A DNA stretch of 40,000 bases from Photobacterium sagamiensis (GCF_050337085.1 NZ_JAKJSP010000021.1:112923-152922), one strand, 5' to 3'; shown: positions 30,533 to 39,544, counted from the first letter of the stretch. Program-made: numbers and translations. The notes: generated by a model from the letters alone, not told the origin.

Positions 30533-31105
30533 TTATTTATTCCAGTGGCGTTTCACTGTCATAACTGAAACGCCCAGTTTCTCTGCCACCAGCGATTGAG
30601 TTAATCCCTCAGATTTTAGCTTTAATACTTTCTCTGTAGTCTTAACTGCTTTTGGTCTACCTAGTGTTTTTCCTTCTGACTTTGCACGCTCTAATCCCTC
30701 CTTGGTGCGCTCACGAATGCGATTACGCTCAAACTCAGCAAATGACATAAACACTTGCAACATCAATTTACCTTCACTGCTACTAAGGTTTGATACTGGC
30801 AAATCAAGACAAATTACCTCAATACCTTTTTTTATTAGCATGCTGACTGTTTGCTGGACATCAATGTTGTCACGTCCTAATCGGTCAAGTTTTAACACAA
30901 CCAAGGTATCACCAGTTTCCAGTTTGTGTTCAACCATCGTTTTAAACTCGTTACGTGCCATAGCCATTACAGAGCCTGATACAGTTTCAGTAATTACACG
31001 ACTATCAAGAACATCATAACCAGCGTTACGGATAGCTAGTATTTGGTTGTCTGTATTCTGCTCAATTGTTGATACACGGCAGTAAGCAAAGGTACGTTTA
31101 GTCAT
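30533..31105 (-). CDS. Small serine recombinase (resolvase/invertase family)
   Basis: From the ATG at 31105: MTKRTFAYCRVSTIEQ (catalytic Ser motif), LVVLKLDRLGRD, and a C-terminal HTH (LTQSLVAEKLGVSVMTVKRH). 190 aa. Confidence 0.88.
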   Translation of the reverse strand: MTKRTFAYCRVSTIEQNTDNQILAIRNAGYDVLDSRVITETVSGSVMAMARNEFKTMVEHKLETGDTLVVLKLDRLGRDNIDVQQTVSMLIKKGIEVICLDLPVSNLSSSEGKLMLQVFMSFAEFERNRIRERTKEGLERAKSEGKTLGRPKAVKTTEKVLKLKSEGLTQSLVAEKLGVSVMTVKRHWNK

Positions 31106-31122
31106 GGCGAACTTTCCCGATT

Positions 31123-31217
31123 GGTAACATTTAATGTGGTAACACAATAGCAGAGGTAACATAAAAGATAAACCCTATTTTGTTGTTACCTTTCTGATGG
31201 GGCTATTGTTGGTAACA
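31123..31217. promoter_or_regulatory. GGTAACA repeat array upstream of the recombinase (candidate recombinase binding/res-like or operator sites)
   Basis: GGTAACA at 31123, 31138, 31155 and 31211 (direct), and TGTTACC at 31184 (inverted). Inverted caatagc/gctattg at 31144-31150 / 31202-31208. Confidence 0.4.
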
Positions 31218-31510
31218 TTAAACGGTCGTTTATTAAGACTAAAGTTGCTCTACATGTTTAATACAGAAAAGCTGTCCCAATTAGTATGCTTCTTTTGCTG
31301 CTAGAGTTTAAATTGGCGTTTGTTCATCAGGTATGCGGAAATCCTGAGTATTTGTATAAAGGCAGTATAAGGTCACTTGATAGCGAGATTTCTGAAATTG
31401 AAATAGCAAATCTTTATGAACGTTATCTCTCATTAACAGAGTTTATCTATTGCCTGAATTTTTAGAATACTTTGTAATAGAATTACAATTTTATAAGCAG
31501 CAGTGTTCTT

Positions 31511-33001
31511 ATGGGGCGAGAAATTAATAAACATGGATTATCCCGAACTATTCCTCCAGAAGTAAAAGAAGAAATCCGAAAAGACTCTGGTTATGGTTGT
31601 GTTATGTGCGGCTCTTTATTCACTCACTATGAGCACATTGAACCTGAGTTTAAGGATGCAAAGGTTCATGATGCTAATAAGATGACGTTGCTTTGTGGGG
31701 GATGTCACGATCATGTTACTCAGAAGCGTTTCTCGAAGAAGGCAGTATGGAAAGCTCGGGAGTTACCAAAGACTAAAGAGCGCGGTTTTGTAAATCATTG
31801 GTATTCACCTCCTGACAATGAGCAAAAAATAAAACTAGGTTCATCTGTATTCGATCTAACTAGCGTAATTCTGAATGCCTTCGGAAAGCCCTTGATTTGG
31901 TTTGAGCCACCAGAGGAAGAGGATGAACCTGTCAGGTTAAATGCAATCTTCTACGATGCTGAATCGAACCCTATTGCTTACATCAATAGAAACCAATTCA
32001 TTGGCTTGGTCGGCTTTCATGACATCTCAGGTAAGGGGAGTTGTATTACAATACGCCCTAAGAAGAGACACATTGCTTTAGAATTACACGCGGTTGGAGA
32101 CGAACCAATACTAATAACCCGCCTGGTAATGGATTATCTTGGTACAAACTTTGAAGTGGAAAGGTCTGGTAAATTGTCCATAAAGCAAGGCGATTCAGTA
32201 CTCAAGCTCGACAACACCCAAATGAAAGGTTGTGGAACTGCATTTGTTTTTGGAGGTATCCCAAAGACAAGAAAACTATCTGAATCTGAGGTACTAACCC
32301 CCTTAAGTATTGCTATGGCTATACAACAACGTATTTCGAAAGAGATCAGAGCATACGATGGTGTTGTTGTCGGATGGCTTTTAGGCTCATGGATTGTAGA
32401 TAAGAGCTATGCGATTTCTGCGACTGTAAATTCGACATCAGAAACCTTATTAGTACATGGAATTACAGGGGAATACATAGGTGAATTAGTTCAATTCAAC
32501 AACTCTCTATCTATTATCACCTGTCTGGATGAGTATGAAAGTGGTGAGCCTATCTGGGTGAATTTTTTAGATAGGTCATCTCAAAATGTCAGACTACAAA
32601 AAGGGTTTGATGTTTGCTACCGAATTACAGATGAACGTCCTATTTATCAAGGTACTAGAAATCGTCTTTCGAGAAACACACCACCAGCGACAAGTATTGT
32701 TCCACCTAAACAGTGGAGAAAGACTGATGGCCCTATAACTCAAGGGAATCGAGTTACCATTGATTTTGAGGGGTTCATTGATGGAATACCATTTGAGGGG
32801 GGTAAAGCTGATAATTACAATCTTGTTATTGGTAGTAACAGAATGATTCAAGGTTTTGAGGAGAACTTAGTTGGGCACATGGCTGGTGAATGTTTTGAAA
32901 TTCCGTTAGCGTTTCCCGATAGGTATCATGCTGAACAATTGAAAGGTAAGAACGCAGTGTTTAGCGTATACATCCGTAGTGTTGAGAGTATGGACGTTTA
33001 A
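31511..33001 (+). CDS. HNH-nuclease / unknown central region / trigger-factor-like FKBP (PPIase) domain fusion protein
   Basis: aa 30-69: C-VM-C...YEHIEP...N...C-GG-CH (HNH/zinc-finger pattern). aa 400-496 (nt 32708-32998) are collinear with the E. coli trigger factor PPIase domain (RVTIDFEGFIDGIPFEGGKA...GSNRMIQGFEENLVGHMAGE...FPDRYHAEQLKGKNAVF vs [20 protein letters not shown]...[20 protein letters not shown]...FPEEYHAENLKGKAAKF). Confidence 0.7.
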   Translation: MGREINKHGLSRTIPPEVKEEIRKDSGYGCVMCGSLFTHYEHIEPEFKDAKVHDANKMTLLCGGCHDHVTQKRFSKKAVWKARELPKTKERGFVNHWYSPPDNEQKIKLGSSVFDLTSVILNAFGKPLIWFEPPEEEDEPVRLNAIFYDAESNPIAYINRNQFIGLVGFHDISGKGSCITIRPKKRHIALELHAVGDEPILITRLVMDYLGTNFEVERSGKLSIKQGDSVLKLDNTQMKGCGTAFVFGGIPKTRKLSESEVLTPLSIAMAIQQRISKEIRAYDGVVVGWLLGSWIVDKSYAISATVNSTSETLLVHGITGEYIGELVQFNNSLSIITCLDEYESGEPIWVNFLDRSSQNVRLQKGFDVCYRITDERPIYQGTRNRLSRNTPPATSIVPPKQWRKTDGPITQGNRVTIDFEGFIDGIPFEGGKADNYNLVIGSNRMIQGFEENLVGHMAGECFEIPLAFPDRYHAEQLKGKNAVFSVYIRSVESMDV

Positions 33002-33591
33002 GTTGGCCAACATTTAACAAGAGTTAGTGCTGTTAAGGTATGATTAAAATCGACAATCACATTTAATTTTGTATTCTCTAAACGATGGGTCGCTTACTGA
33101 ACATCTTTAAAACCTGTAATTAACATAGTTGTGATTTATCTTTATGTAAGGGTGTTACTGGAGGGAGGGACTGAAACCATTAATAGGTAATTAATAAGTC
33201 TTTATAAAGTCCATTGAAAAACAAAACAAGAAAACGAGATAAGAAGAAAAGTAAAAACTAGACATCTGTTAGTGATTCAAAGAACTTTATAAGTATTAAT
33301 AATACCATACTTTTTCACAAAAGTCAATACCTTAGATTGATGTTAACCTTGTTTTATTTGTATTGTAATAGGAGATTGTTTTATTTTAGTTTCAAATCTT
33401 CCTTGTTGTAAATTTTACTTTTTGTGAATCTAATACGTGTTTAAATTCCAATAAAAGAGCTACTCCACTAATGATGTGAATGATAGTTTAAATGAGCTTG
33501 TAATTCTTTCTATGGGATTCTTAATAAAATAAAATAGACAATTACCTCATCATTGTAAAAGCTGTCAGTAATGTTTACATGACGTTTAAAG

Positions 33592-34635
33592 TTATAATCT
33601 GTTAACAAGGTCAAGTAGTTTATCTGGCGTTATACTCTTTCCGTATCGATCATAGGTAATGCTGCCGTTAGAGTGGCCTAGCAGGGCTGCTGTGTATTGA
33701 AGCGGAATACCATCTACTTTGAGTTTAGTTGCGACATAGTGTCTTATAGAGTGAAACTCAGGTAAGTCGTTATTAGATCTCCAGCGATTGAACCATTTCC
33801 CGAAATAGTGGGCACAATTGCCTTTGTAGGGCTTGAATTCGGGGAAGACTCTAGCATTGGTTGGCTTACTTTTTGCGTACACTACAAAGTATTTTAGTTC
33901 TTTATGAACAGGTATCAAGCGCTTGGTTGACTCATTTTTCACTGATTGCCAATCATAAGAGTCATCGACACTAATGCACCAGATACCATTAACTTTTACA
34001 ACATCACTTTCGCTCAGTTGCACAATCTCATTACAACGCATCCCTGTATAAAGACCTATCTTGATTATCCATTGTTTGTGAAGGTCTAGTGTAGCAAGAT
34101 TTCTAACCAGTTTTTTTACTTGATCTGTGGTGTATGCTTTCCGCTGATCTTTGGCTGATTGCATAACTTTTTCTTTTAACCCATTAAAAGGATTTGTTAT
34201 GTGGATGTCATGATGTTTGTCCATCCAGTAAAAAAAAGCTCCAATCTTCGAAGCATGTTTGTTCTTTGTGGGGACTGATACGTTTAACGTTTTTAGGAAC
34301 TTGAATGCTTGCTGCTTGCTTAATGGATCGCTTGTGTATGCCAAGTACCGAGTGATAAATCTCTCAATTGTAAGTATTTCACGCTCTGCGACTTTTAAAG
34401 ACTTAAAAGATAGGTAAGCCTTCAATTCTGATTGAAAATCAATCACTTCAGGTTCATTTTCTGGTTCTGTTCTCTTAGATACTGCGCATGAAAGTAATGC
34501 ATACACTTTTTGTTGTGCTAGTCGTTTATCCCTTGTTCGAAGTGACCTTTTTACTTCTTTTCTTTTACCGTTTGATTGCGTTGTAATTTTACGGAAGTAC
34601 CAAATACCTTGTTTGGATAACCACAGATTAGACAT
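33592..34635 (-). CDS. int: Tyrosine recombinase/integrase of island 1
   Basis: Start preferred at the ATG at 34635 (MSNLWLSKQGIWYFRK). Catalytic pattern TGMRCNEI ... HSIRHYVAT ... LLGHS ... ITYDRYGK. Its 5' end lies ~120 bp from the att copy. Confidence 0.9.
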   Translation of the reverse strand: MSNLWLSKQGIWYFRKITTQSNGKRKEVKRSLRTRDKRLAQQKVYALLSCAVSKRTEPENEPEVIDFQSELKAYLSFKSLKVAEREILTIERFITRYLAYTSDPLSKQQAFKFLKTLNVSVPTKNKHASKIGAFFYWMDKHHDIHITNPFNGLKEKVMQSAKDQRKAYTTDQVKKLVRNLATLDLHKQWIIKIGLYTGMRCNEIVQLSESDVVKVNGIWCISVDDSYDWQSVKNESTKRLIPVHKELKYFVVYAKSKPTNARVFPEFKPYKGNCAHYFGKWFNRWRSNNDLPEFHSIRHYVATKLKVDGIPLQYTAALLGHSNGSITYDRYGKSITPDKLLDLVNRL

Positions 34636-34752
34636 GACGTATGGCCTTATTTCAAAAATAGAAAAATGGCTATAAGTAGTCATCCACGTTGTATGTATTA
34701 GTTTGTGTTGGTTGCCAGTAACGTATTGATTTTATTCCGCAAAATTTGCGTG

Positions 34753-34798
34753 GTGTGCCGGGATGTGGCTGGTGGGGGCTTCCACCCATCTGCTGTTT
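34753..34798. repeat. att direct repeat, copy 2 (junction between island 1 and island 2)
   Basis: Identical to 28035-28080. Flanked on both sides by outward-reading integrase genes. Confidence 0.9.
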
Positions 34799-34870
34799 AG
34801 TGTTTTCAATCAATACCTTACCTAAAATTGTCTGCTCAGGTGATCCACTTTATGTGTATTACTAGAGGCA

Positions 34871-36004
34871 ATGATGACGACAAATCTATGGTTATCTCCG
34901 CACGGTATCTGGTACTTTCGTAAAGTATATCTCCTGCCTTCGGGTAAACGTAAAGAAACCAGAAAAAGCCTGAGAACGCGGTGTAAGTGCACTGCCAAAG
35001 AGCAGGTGATCAAGCTGCTGGCTTGCGAGCAATCATCACGCAGCCCTTCTCCATCTACATTCCCCAGCCAATGCAACGCTCCCTCGTCACCTGTCACCAT
35101 TACGCCTGACTACTTGTCTGAACACCTTGAGCACTACATTGAGATTAAGGCTCGGCGCTGCTGTGAACGCGAGCTACTGACGATCAGGCGGTTTATTACT
35201 CGGTACATTGCGTATCTGAGGCAGAACGACACCTTTGATGCGATCAGCTCATCAACAGCGGCTAGTTTTCTTGATTCTTTGACTGTCGCCATTCCCACCA
35301 AGAACAAGCATGCGAGCAAAATAGGGGCTTATCTGCATTGGCTGGATAAGCGTGCTGATATCGAGGTGAAAAATCCGTTCTCATTGTTGAAAGAGAAGCA
35401 CACGGTTGCTGTCCAGGAGCAGAGGAAAGCATACAGCCTCGCCCAAGCCCAGCGGTTAATTCAGCACTGCTCAGGTTTTGATGAGTGGAAACGGTGGGTG
35501 GTTTTGCTGGGGCGCTACACAGGGATGCGATGCAACGAAATTTGTCAGCTTCACCGTGACGATATTGTTCAGGTTGAAGGCGTCTGGTGCGTCAGTATCA
35601 ACCAAGTCAAAGACTATCAAATTTTAAAGACAGCCAGCAGCAAAAGGATCATTCCACTCCCTAAACACCTCCCTGACCAGTTCGATCTTGAGGCATTCCT
35701 GGCGTTTGCTATACGCAGGGAAGGGCGGCTGTTTCCTGAAGCAACCATCTACAAGGGTAATTGCGCCCATTACTTTGGCAAGTGGTTTAACCGCTGGCGC
35801 AAGAAGCACAGCCTGCCTGAATTTCATTCCCTGCGTCATTTAGTGGCAACAGAACTGAAACAAGCTGGTATTCCTGAGCAATTTTCTGCCGCAATTCTGG
35901 GACACAGCCATCGAGGAATTACCTATAACCGGTATGGCAAAGCTGTCTCTCCCTTGAGGTTAGTTTTGCCTATGAGGTTCATTTCTTCGGTCAAATCGAA
36001 CTAA
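34871..36004 (+). CDS. int: Tyrosine recombinase/integrase of island 2
   Basis: Homologous to the island 1 integrase at both ends (NLWLSPHGIWYFRK; YKGNCAHYFGKWFNRWR; HSLRHLVAT; LGHS; ITYNRYGK). Confidence 0.9.
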   Translation: MMTTNLWLSPHGIWYFRKVYLLPSGKRKETRKSLRTRCKCTAKEQVIKLLACEQSSRSPSPSTFPSQCNAPSSPVTITPDYLSEHLEHYIEIKARRCCERELLTIRRFITRYIAYLRQNDTFDAISSSTAASFLDSLTVAIPTKNKHASKIGAYLHWLDKRADIEVKNPFSLLKEKHTVAVQEQRKAYSLAQAQRLIQHCSGFDEWKRWVVLLGRYTGMRCNEICQLHRDDIVQVEGVWCVSINQVKDYQILKTASSKRIIPLPKHLPDQFDLEAFLAFAIRREGRLFPEATIYKGNCAHYFGKWFNRWRKKHSLPEFHSLRHLVATELKQAGIPEQFSAAILGHSHRGITYNRYGKAVSPLRLVLPMRFISSVKSN

Positions 36005-36372
36005 TCGTTATTTTTTCGTATTTAAGATGAGTATTACATCACATTTTTTAGAATAAAAAGTGAGGTAAACAAATTGTTAAAACTACATAAATTACTGATA
36101 AGTAACACTTATAATGTTCGAAAGCATGCTGTTGCATCCTTTGTGGTCCGTATGGCTAATGTGTTGATTATTTAGACTAAAAATCTTAAAAAACAATTGT
36201 TGCGCGACTGTTGCGGGTATGTGTATTTTGTTAATTTCGTTTTTATAAGTAACACTTAAGATGTTGATTTATAAGGAAAAACCAAAATGTTGCATTGTCG
36301 TATTTTAATGTGCATTTTATATTGATGCAGCAAGGTGACTGCATAATATTTTTTCTATTAAAAGGAAACATT

Positions 36373-36900
36373 ATGACTCGTGAAAATGTTACCCGCTCGA
36401 CTATCTGGCGCTGGATTCGTGATGGTGCGATGCCACAACAGCACACTATTGGTGGGGAGACTGTTGGGTGTTCTGAAGATGTCATTGAGAAGTGGAGTGC
36501 AGAGCGTCAAGTCAAAAAAACAGGTGTAACGTCTTTTCGCTCTGGTGAGGCATGGCACTTACTCGAACTGTTCTTAACTGGACGTCGTTTAACTCGTGGT
36601 GATATCCAAATGGAATGTGGACACCAGGATGCAAATCAGTTGTTGCATGTTCTCCGCAATGAAATGCTTGTTCCTGTTACTTGCCAAAAGGGGCGTGGAG
36701 GGCTGCCTTCTGTCTGGTATATGAAAAAGGAAGATATCGACATGTACCAGAATCACCGCACCAAGCAGAAAAAATGTCAAAAACGTAAGCTGGCACAGCG
36801 TGATGAAGCAAATTCAATGAAGAAACTTCATCAATGGGTGGAAGAAATCGGGGAAGATGAGTTTATTCAGCTTATTAAAGAGGTAGGCAAAAAAAAGTAG
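36373..36900 (+). CDS. AlpA-like HTH regulator/excisionase with an extended C-terminal domain
   Basis: The ATG at 36373 follows an AAAGGAAA RBS. The N-terminus has STIWRWIRDGAMPQ, the typical AlpA/phage Xis-type HTH. A ~125-aa C-terminal part of unknown function follows. Confidence 0.65.
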   Translation: MTRENVTRSTIWRWIRDGAMPQQHTIGGETVGCSEDVIEKWSAERQVKKTGVTSFRSGEAWHLLELFLTGRRLTRGDIQMECGHQDANQLLHVLRNEMLVPVTCQKGRGGLPSVWYMKKEDIDMYQNHRTKQKKCQKRKLAQRDEANSMKKLHQWVEEIGEDEFIQLIKEVGKKK

Positions 36901-37000
36901 CTACCGAAGTAAAACGGTAGCTATTAGTTAATGTGTATTTAAAGGGTGCTCGTACTCGCAAAAATCCGGGCGCCCTTATTTAAAAGGTAACATTATAACG

Positions 37001-39358
37001 ATGAAATTCAAAATTATCGAAGTCGCTGTAGACTTCCTACAAAATCATTTTTCTGTTATTCCACTGGAAAAGAACGGAAAAAAACCAGCAGTTGCATCTT
37101 GGAAGCAATACCGCGAAAAACCAGCCTCACCAGATCTTTTTAAAGACCACCAAGGCAACCTTGGGCTGATTACGGGGCGCAATGGTGACCTGTGCATCCT
37201 AGTCATCGACATTGACCGAACAGGCGAAGGCATCGAACAGGCAAAGCAGGAGTTCGTGGAAAAATATGGTCCTGTGGATTGGGAGTCAGCCTGTTGTCAG
37301 GGAACCCCCTCAGGTGGTCGTCATTACATCTTCCTGGTTCCTGACGGCATCGAAATCTCTAACCGAGTCGCGATCATCGACGGTGTCGATATCCGTGGTG
37401 AGGGCGGCTATATCGTCATTGATCCATCAGAAGCGCCCAGCAAGCTTACTGGTAAGTTAGAAGCTTATCACTGGTTAAACGATATCCTATTACATGAAAC
37501 GGCTGAGATTAGCGTAGAAGTTGCTACGGCAATTGCCCAATCCGGCAAGGAGAAGCCTAAAGAGAGCAGCAGTCAGGAATCAGTACCTCAGCCGACCTAC
37601 AGCACTGTAAACACCCCTTATGGCGCAAAGGCATTAGACGGGTGCATTGGTGAAGTATTAGCGGCACCAGAGGGTACACGTAACGACACGCTGAATACCC
37701 AGGCTTTTAATGTTGGGCGGCTCATTGGTGGGATGCTTGTCACCCCGAATGATGGTTATTACGGGCTAGTTAATGCAGCAATTAATATTGGTTTGAGTGA
37801 ACAGGAAGCGAAGGCAACCATCGGTAGTGGGATTGAAGCGGGAGTGATGGAACCTCGTGTACTTGATGACCATCCCGACACCGATGAAGTTCCGAATGCG
37901 AACTCTCAAGAGTGGGGTGAGCCGCAAGCATTTACGCCAGAACTAGAGCCTGTTTTACCGTTGTGTAAGGGGATGATCCCTGACGTTTTTTACACCCATG
38001 CGAAAATCGAAGCTCGAAAGATGGACAATACATCTATCGATTATGTTGTCATGGCGATAATTGCCTGTGCTAGCGCTGTCATAGGCACCACTCGTATGAT
38101 TCGCCCCAAAAAGCATGACTTCGGTTGGCTTATTGCCCCTGTTTTATGGTGTATTGCGGTGGGTTCACCATCGACAAAAAAGACACCAGCATTAAAAGTG
38201 GGCACCAAGCTTCTCTCCTTGGCTCAAGGCGTATTTGATGAGGAGTATGCTACAGCAGTTAACGAGGTCGAGGCTGATAAGGCTGTTAATGACTTAATTA
38301 TTCAGAACAAAGAAAAAGATGCAAAAAAAGCCGTCCAAAACGGTGATACTGAAAAAGCTAAAGCATTAATGAACGAGATGCGTGAACTGAAAATAGAGTC
38401 ACTAAACCACCGGATGGTTTTAGTGAACGATGCGACCATAGAAGCTATCGCTATCCGTGCTGAATCGAACCCTGAAGGCTGCTTAGTATTTCGTGATGAA
38501 CTGTCAGGCTTACTTGCCATGATCGACCGAGCAGACAATGCCAATGATCGTGCCTTTTATCTAGAAGGTTTTGGCGGGGATAGTTCATACACTCAAGAAC
38601 GTGTCGGTCGCCCCAACGTCTACATTAAACGCTTAGGCATTTGGCTCTTAGGCGGGATCCAGCCGGATAAGCTGATTCCTTACCTAAGATCCCGTAAGCA
38701 GGGCGAAGATAATGACGGCTTTATCGAACGCATGCAGTATATGGTATTCCCTGACCATCAGGGTTCGGAATATATCGATGAGCCTGCAGACACAATCCCC
38801 AACATGATGGCTGGAGTCCGTTTTATATTCCTAGCAGATCTGAAGTTTGATGAGCATGGAAACCCTGTTGTTTGCACCTTTACCGATGATGCCCAAGTCA
38901 TATGGGACAAATGGGCAAAAGGCATGCATCAGCGTCAAAATGCGGCTTCTCCCGAATGGCAGGCGATCCTTGGTAAGTATCCGGCATTGTGCGCGAAGTT
39001 CGCCCTTGTCTTCCACTTGTGCGAGTCACCCGACACCAAAGTTACCCAAGATGCTCTAGAGATGGCAATACGGTTTATGGGCTATATCGAGAGCCATGCC
39101 CGTCGTATCCATTCTTACTGGCTGCATGAAGATCAGGTAAGTTCAGCCAAGCAGTTGCTTGATAAGCTTGACACCCTCAGCCAGCCATTTTCAAAGAAAT
39201 CGGTTGCTGACAAGAACTGGAAGGGTCTTGGTACTCAGGAACGTGATAAGGCTCTAAAGCAGCTAGAGGAGCATGGCTACATCCGACGCGTTGAGACACC
39301 GAATCCTGCGGGGCGTCCATCCGTATTCTTCTACAAACACCCTGATTACTGCCAGTAA
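37001..39358 (+). CDS. Replication protein: N-terminal bifunctional primase-polymerase (Prim-Pol) domain plus DUF3987/helicase-like C-terminal domain
   Basis: Prim-Pol motifs LVIDIDR, SGGRHYIF and VDIRGEGGYIVIDPS. Linker motif TRNDTLNTQAFNVGRL. P-loop-like GSPSTKKT in the C-terminal half. Confidence 0.8.
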   Translation: MKFKIIEVAVDFLQNHFSVIPLEKNGKKPAVASWKQYREKPASPDLFKDHQGNLGLITGRNGDLCILVIDIDRTGEGIEQAKQEFVEKYGPVDWESACCQGTPSGGRHYIFLVPDGIEISNRVAIIDGVDIRGEGGYIVIDPSEAPSKLTGKLEAYHWLNDILLHETAEISVEVATAIAQSGKEKPKESSSQESVPQPTYSTVNTPYGAKALDGCIGEVLAAPEGTRNDTLNTQAFNVGRLIGGMLVTPNDGYYGLVNAAINIGLSEQEAKATIGSGIEAGVMEPRVLDDHPDTDEVPNANSQEWGEPQAFTPELEPVLPLCKGMIPDVFYTHAKIEARKMDNTSIDYVVMAIIACASAVIGTTRMIRPKKHDFGWLIAPVLWCIAVGSPSTKKTPALKVGTKLLSLAQGVFDEEYATAVNEVEADKAVNDLIIQNKEKDAKKAVQNGDTEKAKALMNEMRELKIESLNHRMVLVNDATIEAIAIRAESNPEGCLVFRDELSGLLAMIDRADNANDRAFYLEGFGGDSSYTQERVGRPNVYIKRLGIWLLGGIQPDKLIPYLRSRKQGEDNDGFIERMQYMVFPDHQGSEYIDEPADTIPNMMAGVRFIFLADLKFDEHGNPVVCTFTDDAQVIWDKWAKGMHQRQNAASPEWQAILGKYPALCAKFALVFHLCESPDTKVTQDALEMAIRFMGYIESHARRIHSYWLHEDQVSSAKQLLDKLDTLSQPFSKKSVADKNWKGLGTQERDKALKQLEEHGYIRRVETPNPAGRPSVFFYKHPDYCQ

Positions 39359-39388
39359 CCAGCAACCATATCTCGGGGATCTCTGATT

Positions 39389-39450
39389 TGTAGGGTTTCT
39401 CGGGTTTCTGGAGGGGGGGGGGACCCTTAGCAAATACCTCCCCCCACCTT
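39389..39450. repeat. Repeat unit 1: GTAGGGTTT/TCGGGTTT iterons plus G10...C-tract hairpin
   Basis: tgtagggtttctcgggtttctggagggggggggggaccc...cctccccccacc. Begins ~30 bp after the replicase stop. Confidence 0.8.
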
Positions 39451-39544
39451 TACCTATGCGACACTGAAATTTATCTGATTTTCAAACAGCCAAACTTTAT
39501 TGGTTTGGTTCAATATCCACGTAACTGAAAAAGGAAATTAAGTT

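Larger units (their letters stand above)
28035..34798. mobile_element. Integrative genomic island 1 (~6.7 kb) inserted at the 3' end of ffs
   Basis: Bounded by the 46-bp direct repeats. Visibly more AT-rich than the flanking core. Carries a tyrosine integrase, a serine recombinase and defence-like cargo. Confidence 0.85.

Noticed and set aside
31106-31162. N-terminal extensions of longest ORFs (recombinase to 31162, integrase to 34683, alpA-like from 36295, mdlA-like from 21475, atl to 27035, membrane protein from 26991, tesB to 26057, lipoprotein from 16571)
   Set aside because: Internal ATGs give canonical family N-termini and/or are preceded by good Shine-Dalgarno sequences. The extensions add non-homologous residues.
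30533-31217. Invertible (phase-variable) DNA segment controlled by the serine recombinase
   Set aside because: I could not find a second matching inverted site set elsewhere in the window that would define an invertible segment. Only the local repeat cluster upstream of the gene is visible.
34822-35100. 92-aa ORF on the minus strand spanning the start of the island 2 integrase
   Set aside because: It is antisense to a well-supported integrase CDS and runs into the att-proximal region. It is a shadow ORF.
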